Shown here piece by piece: positions 59,976 through 64,000 of a stretch of DNA of 64,000 nucleotides. Source of the DNA: a plasmid; sequence record NZ_CP090008.1. One strand, written 5' to 3'. The position numbers were made by a program, and so were the translations under genes. The number at the start of each line of letters is the position of its first letter. Within the stretch, counting starts at the first letter, position 1. The notes under the pieces were generated by a model. It was not told the origin of the DNA and searched no databases. It saw nothing but the letters and a program-made list of their open reading frames with translations.

Positions 59976-60627
59976 TAGTAGAACAAAAAGTGGTCAGACT
60001 TTATTACGGCAACAAAATAAGAGAAATGTTAATTAGAGGCGTTTACCTGATCGGCATTAATTGAACATTATCCAGAGGGTAGAACTATCCCTGGGTAAGA
60101 AGGAGTATGATATAATAGGATAAGAATTATGCAACATGATATTATAACGACTAAGGTAGGAATGGGTATGCAAAATATTAATGATCTTTTTGAAGCATAT
60201 ATAGCAGAAGAGGACCCTATTAAGAAGGCGTTTTTGCTAAATATGTACAACCATGCTTTGCAACAGAAACAAAAAGAGGTGATTAGTCGTGACTTTGTCA
60301 GATAAACAATCACCAGTATTTTAGATCTTTTCCATTCAAACCGAACATATGTCGAACAACAAGTTTGGTACACTTTCTTTAAACAGACACTTCCAGAGCT
60401 GTTGTTTATTGGGGTTGTGGCCTTTCTAGGCTATTTTTCCCTATGCAACTTGCTTCGCAACAAATTGGTTTTTAAACTATTAGTTGCCGTAGTATTTCTA
60501 ATCCCTATTCTTTTGATAGAAGGGATTCAACACTTCTTTCGTAGTTGAACAAAGGAAGGAGACGTCTATTATTAATATACTGTGTTTTTTAGAGGGTGCC
60601 CACAAGCCAAAAAAACATAGGCAATGT

Positions 60628-60936
60628 ATGGCTAAAGTGTGTACTTATCTAAAGAACGATGGGCATAAGGTTCGAGTAGGGTATGTTTCACTAGCAGGTC
60701 TTGAAGCTTTGGATAACAGAGGAGTCAATTCAATGAGTGAAGCCGTTCCCGGAAAAAGAGTCTGGTTAATCGTTTATGATGAAAATCGTCCCTGTAAGTC
60801 CTATACAAATGAAGATATTCATTACTATAAGGAATTTGTGGATTTGTTTTCGTCACGTCTGAAACGTAGGCTTTATTACGAAGGCATGCTTAACGAACTG
60901 ACAGCCCTCAAAACAAGAACAGAAAAATGGTCCTAG
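60628..60936 (+). CDS. Hypothetical protein.
   Basis: 102-aa ORF. Confidence 0.3.
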   Translation: MAKVCTYLKNDGHKVRVGYVSLAGLEALDNRGVNSMSEAVPGKRVWLIVYDENRPCKSYTNEDIHYYKEFVDLFSSRLKRRLYYEGMLNELTALKTRTEKWS

Positions 60937-60946
60937 GGGCCATTTT

Positions 60947-61279
60947 TTGTTTTATAAAGGAGAAAAAACAATGACAAAAAGAGAAAAAGCCTTGTGGTTA
61001 CACGAGCACTACAAGAACTACTCCCTTAAATGGTACCTAGAGAATGATGCCAGATTAAATGCGATGTTTAGGAAAGTTTATCATCGCTATATGACTGACC
61101 TCAATGCACGCGCTTCGAAAGCGCAATTGTCTCATATTGAGGACCTAGGCAAACGTATGAGAGAAGTATACGAAGATGTCTATGGTACTAATTTTGATAG
61201 CGATTGTCGCTTAGACCGTGCAGAGACGAATCGAAAGGTGCAAGCTATCCGCGCTATGTGGGTAGTAGCGCCAGCCTAG
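60947..61279 (+). CDS. Hypothetical protein.
   Basis: 110 aa. An RBS precedes the internal ATG at 60968. Confidence 0.3.
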   Translation: MFYKGEKTMTKREKALWLHEHYKNYSLKWYLENDARLNAMFRKVYHRYMTDLNARASKAQLSHIEDLGKRMREVYEDVYGTNFDSDCRLDRAETNRKVQAIRAMWVVAPA

Positions 61280-61487
61280 GACGAGGTAGTTATGGATAGA
61301 ATTATGATTTTGACCAATACGCTACCTCACGAAAGTAACATTTCGGTTATCTATAAGGGTGACGTTGCTGTTGTAGTTGCAAGAGATAACCAGGAGCGTT
61401 TGCTTTTTAAAGTAACCACAACCGTAGCAGTCGCTATGCAACTGCAGGCAAAATGGCTTGTGGTTTAAGAGGTAAAGGAGAAAAACA

Positions 61488-62132
61488 ATGACAGAAACAA
61501 TTACTAGGAGACAAGTAAGACATCCTAAAGACTTTGGTGATAGAGAGCTATTCAAAAGGGCTTTCACTCACTGGATTCCTTCGGAAAAGGTCGATGCCTT
61601 GTATTCTGAATTGCAAGGAGATTTTAAGAAGGTCTGTGAGTTAAGTATCGAGGAGTTAAAACATTATGGCTTAACTCAGAGAGATGCTATTGCCTTTCTT
61701 TCAATGCTTGAACTTTTCAAACGTTCAGAAGGTGAGGAAGAAAAGCCAACTTGTGTCACTGGGACTGGATATTTTGCTCAAAGTATCCAAAAAGCCTATG
61801 GACATAAGAAACAAGAGCATCTTGTAGTGTGGTACTTGGATGTGCATTATAACGTTATCGAGGAGCGAGTAGTTTTCATCGGTAGCGTTCATCGTAGTAT
61901 GGCATGTCCAAGAGAGATTTTACACTATGCAGTGAAGAATTTAGCTCGCTACGTGCTGGTAGCTCATAACCATCCCTCTGGAAGTGTATATCCTTCCAGT
62001 AATGATATTAATGTTACTGAGGCCCTTGAAGATGCTGCAAAACTCTTTGAGATGGAGGTCTTAGACCATGTTATCGTAACGAAGGATAATTACTATTCTT
62101 TTAGAGATAACGGAAGAATGCGTTGTTTCTAG
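61488..62132 (+). CDS. RadC-like JAB/MPN-domain protein.
   Basis: JAMM motif VLVAHNHPSGSVYPSSND. Confidence 0.7.
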   Translation: MTETITRRQVRHPKDFGDRELFKRAFTHWIPSEKVDALYSELQGDFKKVCELSIEELKHYGLTQRDAIAFLSMLELFKRSEGEEEKPTCVTGTGYFAQSIQKAYGHKKQEHLVVWYLDVHYNVIEERVVFIGSVHRSMACPREILHYAVKNLARYVLVAHNHPSGSVYPSSNDINVTEALEDAAKLFEMEVLDHVIVTKDNYYSFRDNGRMRCF

Positions 62133-62147
62133 GAAAGGAGAAAAAGA

Positions 62148-62636
62148 ATGGGAAATATTTCTGATGCCTTTGGAAAGGTAACTATTTCCGCACCAACATT
62201 TTCAGATATTGAGGTGCTTGTGGCTACTCATAGGGTAATCAATGCCAAAGCTTGGACCCCAACGACTCTAAAAGGTCATCCAAGAAAAGCAGATTGTATC
62301 ACAACTGAAGAAGGACTTGTCTCAGTGACACTTCCTTTTACAGCTTGTGGGAATTGGAATATTCGAGAGAATATCGATAGCTTTTTGCCTTACATCTTAA
62401 AGCAAGATAGCACTCTTAGTGATATCCCAGTGTCAGTCACATTTGATTATGTGGATGCAGAGTCTGGCGTAAACTTTATTTATAAAGCAACCGTTATGAC
62501 TCGCAATGTCCCAGGTAAAGGGGTAACCACTGAACTCTTAATAGATGAAGACCTTGGAGATTATTCAGAGTCTTATCTAAAAGAGCTAGAGGAAGCCTAT
62601 GACCAAGAGCTTGCTTTAGGCCGACTGTCTATCTAA
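62148..62636 (+). CDS. Hypothetical protein.
   Basis: 162-aa ORF with an RBS. Confidence 0.35.
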   Translation: MGNISDAFGKVTISAPTFSDIEVLVATHRVINAKAWTPTTLKGHPRKADCITTEEGLVSVTLPFTACGNWNIRENIDSFLPYILKQDSTLSDIPVSVTFDYVDAESGVNFIYKATVMTRNVPGKGVTTELLIDEDLGDYSESYLKELEEAYDQELALGRLSI

Positions 62637-62687
62637 AAATGGTGTTATAATAGGTATAAAGAAAAAGATGTAGCGAGGAGACAAAGC

Positions 62688-63131
62688 ATGAAAGAGACCT
62701 TCTTTTGGACCTTTAGTTCAGATGAGATTTCGACCTTATCTGATTTGACGTCAGAAGGTTTTGAAGTCGATTGGACGGTAAGGAGTTCATCTGATGCTAT
62801 GACCAGTGGTTTTGTGATTCAAGGGGAGATTTCTGGAATGATTGAGTTCACTCCAGAACCTAGAGATGCTTACACCTTTGTTCATAAGCTAGAGGTTCGT
62901 ATGGACAAGAAAAACCAGGGGATAGCAGGGCGTTTGTTAGCACATGTTGCCCAAGATGCTTTCAATCGTGGTTTTGAGGGGGTCATGATGTGTCTTTCAA
63001 AGACTGCTCTTTTAGATTACTACGTGCGTCGCTATGGTTGCAGTCGTATTGCAAACACCAATCGTGTGATGTTTCATACGGCAGCATGCCAGTTGCTTAT
63101 TGACCGATTTTTGAAGGGAGGCGAAAGCTAA
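62688..63131 (+). CDS. GNAT-like acetyltransferase-fold protein (putative).
   Basis: QGIAGRLLAHVAQDAFNRGFEGVMMC resembles the GNAT motif A region. Confidence 0.35.
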   Translation: MKETFFWTFSSDEISTLSDLTSEGFEVDWTVRSSSDAMTSGFVIQGEISGMIEFTPEPRDAYTFVHKLEVRMDKKNQGIAGRLLAHVAQDAFNRGFEGVMMCLSKTALLDYYVRRYGCSRIANTNRVMFHTAACQLLIDRFLKGGES

Positions 63132-63133
63132 CC

Positions 63134-63313
63134 ATGAGGATAGTTGAACAATTTAAGTCAGACTGGAAGTCTTCAGGTTTACCGAATAAACCTTACAAGA
63201 CACCAGAGGAGATTGAAATGATTAAGAATGGGAATCTTGTCTGGGCTGCGCGTGTTGAAGAAAAATTGGGGCGTAAGTTAAGCCCACGAGAACTTGATGA
63301 AATGCAGTGGTGA
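63134..63313 (+). CDS. Small hypothetical protein (59 aa), not in the ORF track.
   Basis: ATG at 63134 with the RBS AAGGGAGG upstream. Confidence 0.3.
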   Translation: MRIVEQFKSDWKSSGLPNKPYKTPEEIEMIKNGNLVWAARVEEKLGRKLSPRELDEMQW

Positions 63314-63430
63314 GTTACTGCTATAAATAGTGTATCGTGCAAGATACATCGCATATTTGATATATAAGAGAAAGAGGAAGGTATTAGCCCTAGGCTACAC
63401 CTTCCTCTTTTTCTATGGAGGAGAAAAACA

Positions 63431-63784
63431 ATGACAAAACAAATTTTCGTTTATAAAAACAAAAAAACACAGGAAGTCTTTGCAGATCTTTTTGCCAAAG
63501 ATCTTCTTGAAGGCGTTACAACTTTCCCTCGGATTGATAACGCACAATCCTGTTCATTCTTGGAACTCTCTTGTCTTTATCTCAAGAGAATTTTAGAAAT
63601 GAAGCATCGTAGGGTTCAAACCCTATTCGTTGAGGGAAAACCCGAACCAGCACTTGCTTCAGCATTGTTACAAGCACGTGCTATGGGACTGAATGTTGTC
63701 ATCAAATTGAAGACAACTGAAAGCAATAGCGAGACACAAGAAGAGTTCAAGGAGCTCGGTCTTGACGATGTTGTAATCGCTTGA
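63431..63784 (+). CDS. Hypothetical protein.
   Basis: 117 aa. A TGTATC(N7)GATACA operator-like palindrome lies about 90 bp upstream. Confidence 0.35.
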   Translation: MTKQIFVYKNKKTQEVFADLFAKDLLEGVTTFPRIDNAQSCSFLELSCLYLKRILEMKHRRVQTLFVEGKPEPALASALLQARAMGLNVVIKLKTTESNSETQEEFKELGLDDVVIA

Positions 63785-63807
63785 CCTGAATAAAAAAGGA
63801 GAAAACA

Positions 63808-64000
63808 ATGACAATCACTCAAGGACTCTATTATATTGAAAAGGTTCACCAATATAATAGTAATATTGCTGGCTTTCCGTCAGACCTAATTGATGACCGG
63901 ATTGCGTCGATTATTGATAGCAACAAGGCGGATATGCAACAAAGTTTGCTATGCCGACCAGTTAGGAACGTGGTTTTGAATAGAGAGGGAGTATCTAACC
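63808..64000 (+). CDS. Hypothetical protein, 5-prime partial (continues beyond window).
   Basis: The RBS AAAGGAGAAAACA precedes the ATG. It is open to the window end. Confidence 0.3.
   Translation, partial: MTITQGLYYIEKVHQYNSNIAGFPSDLIDDRIASIIDSNKADMQQSLLCRPVRNVVLNREGVSN

Noticed and set aside
60068-60373. 101-aa minus-strand ORF.
   Set aside because: It has a hydrophobic low-complexity translation and no RBS. The region more plausibly holds small plus-strand ORFs, for example a 58-aa ORF at 60129-60305, which is too uncertain to list as a feature.

Overview
This is low-GC Firmicutes DNA with Streptococcus/Enterococcus-like codon usage and IS content (inferred). The window looks like part of a large conjugative element, either an ICE or a conjugative plasmid, carrying a cargo RiPP biosynthetic cluster. 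Positions 1-10.4 kb hold a minus-strand operon of leading-region-type genes. The first is a large N6-adenine methyltransferase/SNF2-helicase fusion that runs off the window edge and is absent from the ORF track. It is followed by a PcfJ-like protein, a lysine-rich protein, a PilT/VirB11-like ATPase, an HExxH metalloprotease-like protein, a small RelA/SpoT-domain protein and a zinc-ribbon/TOPRIM primase. Positions 10.4-15.5 kb form a plasmid-like maintenance module. It contains a roughly 500-bp structured element, an AT-rich block dense in TGTATCG repeats, ParA plus a small ParB-like protein, iterons, and a RepA_N/DnaD-like initiator. Positions 15.6-30 kb carry an IS200/IS605 insertion, a tyrosine recombinase, a secreted non-specific nuclease, a VirD4/TraG-type coupling protein, a membrane thioredoxin and a frameshifted IS110 transposase. 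Positions 30.6-32.4 kb are a tandem array of nine near-identical 209-bp units, each encoding a 52-aa Ser/Thr/Cys-rich precursor peptide. After an IS3 remnant and a duplicated promoter with a tenth, frameshifted, divergent precursor, a 13.5-kb operon at 34.4-47.8 kb encodes two YcaO cyclodehydratases, a SagB-type dehydrogenase, a split LanB-like dehydratase, two SpaB_C-domain proteins, an ocin-ThiF-like protein, an M20 peptidase and an ABC exporter. I interpret this as a thiopeptide-type RiPP cluster. An adjacent LytTR response regulator and AgrC-like histidine kinase sit downstream, and IS3 fragments flank the cluster. Positions 51.6-56.9 kb contain two unknown genes, a Nudix hydrolase and a McrBC type IV restriction system. 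A second, inverted copy of the roughly 500-bp element at 57.0-57.5 kb immediately precedes ssb. It is followed by a Cas4-like nuclease, a putative annealing protein, a RadC/JAB protein, a GNAT-like protein and small unknowns. I found no rRNA, tRNA, CRISPR array, relaxase or VirB4 in the window.
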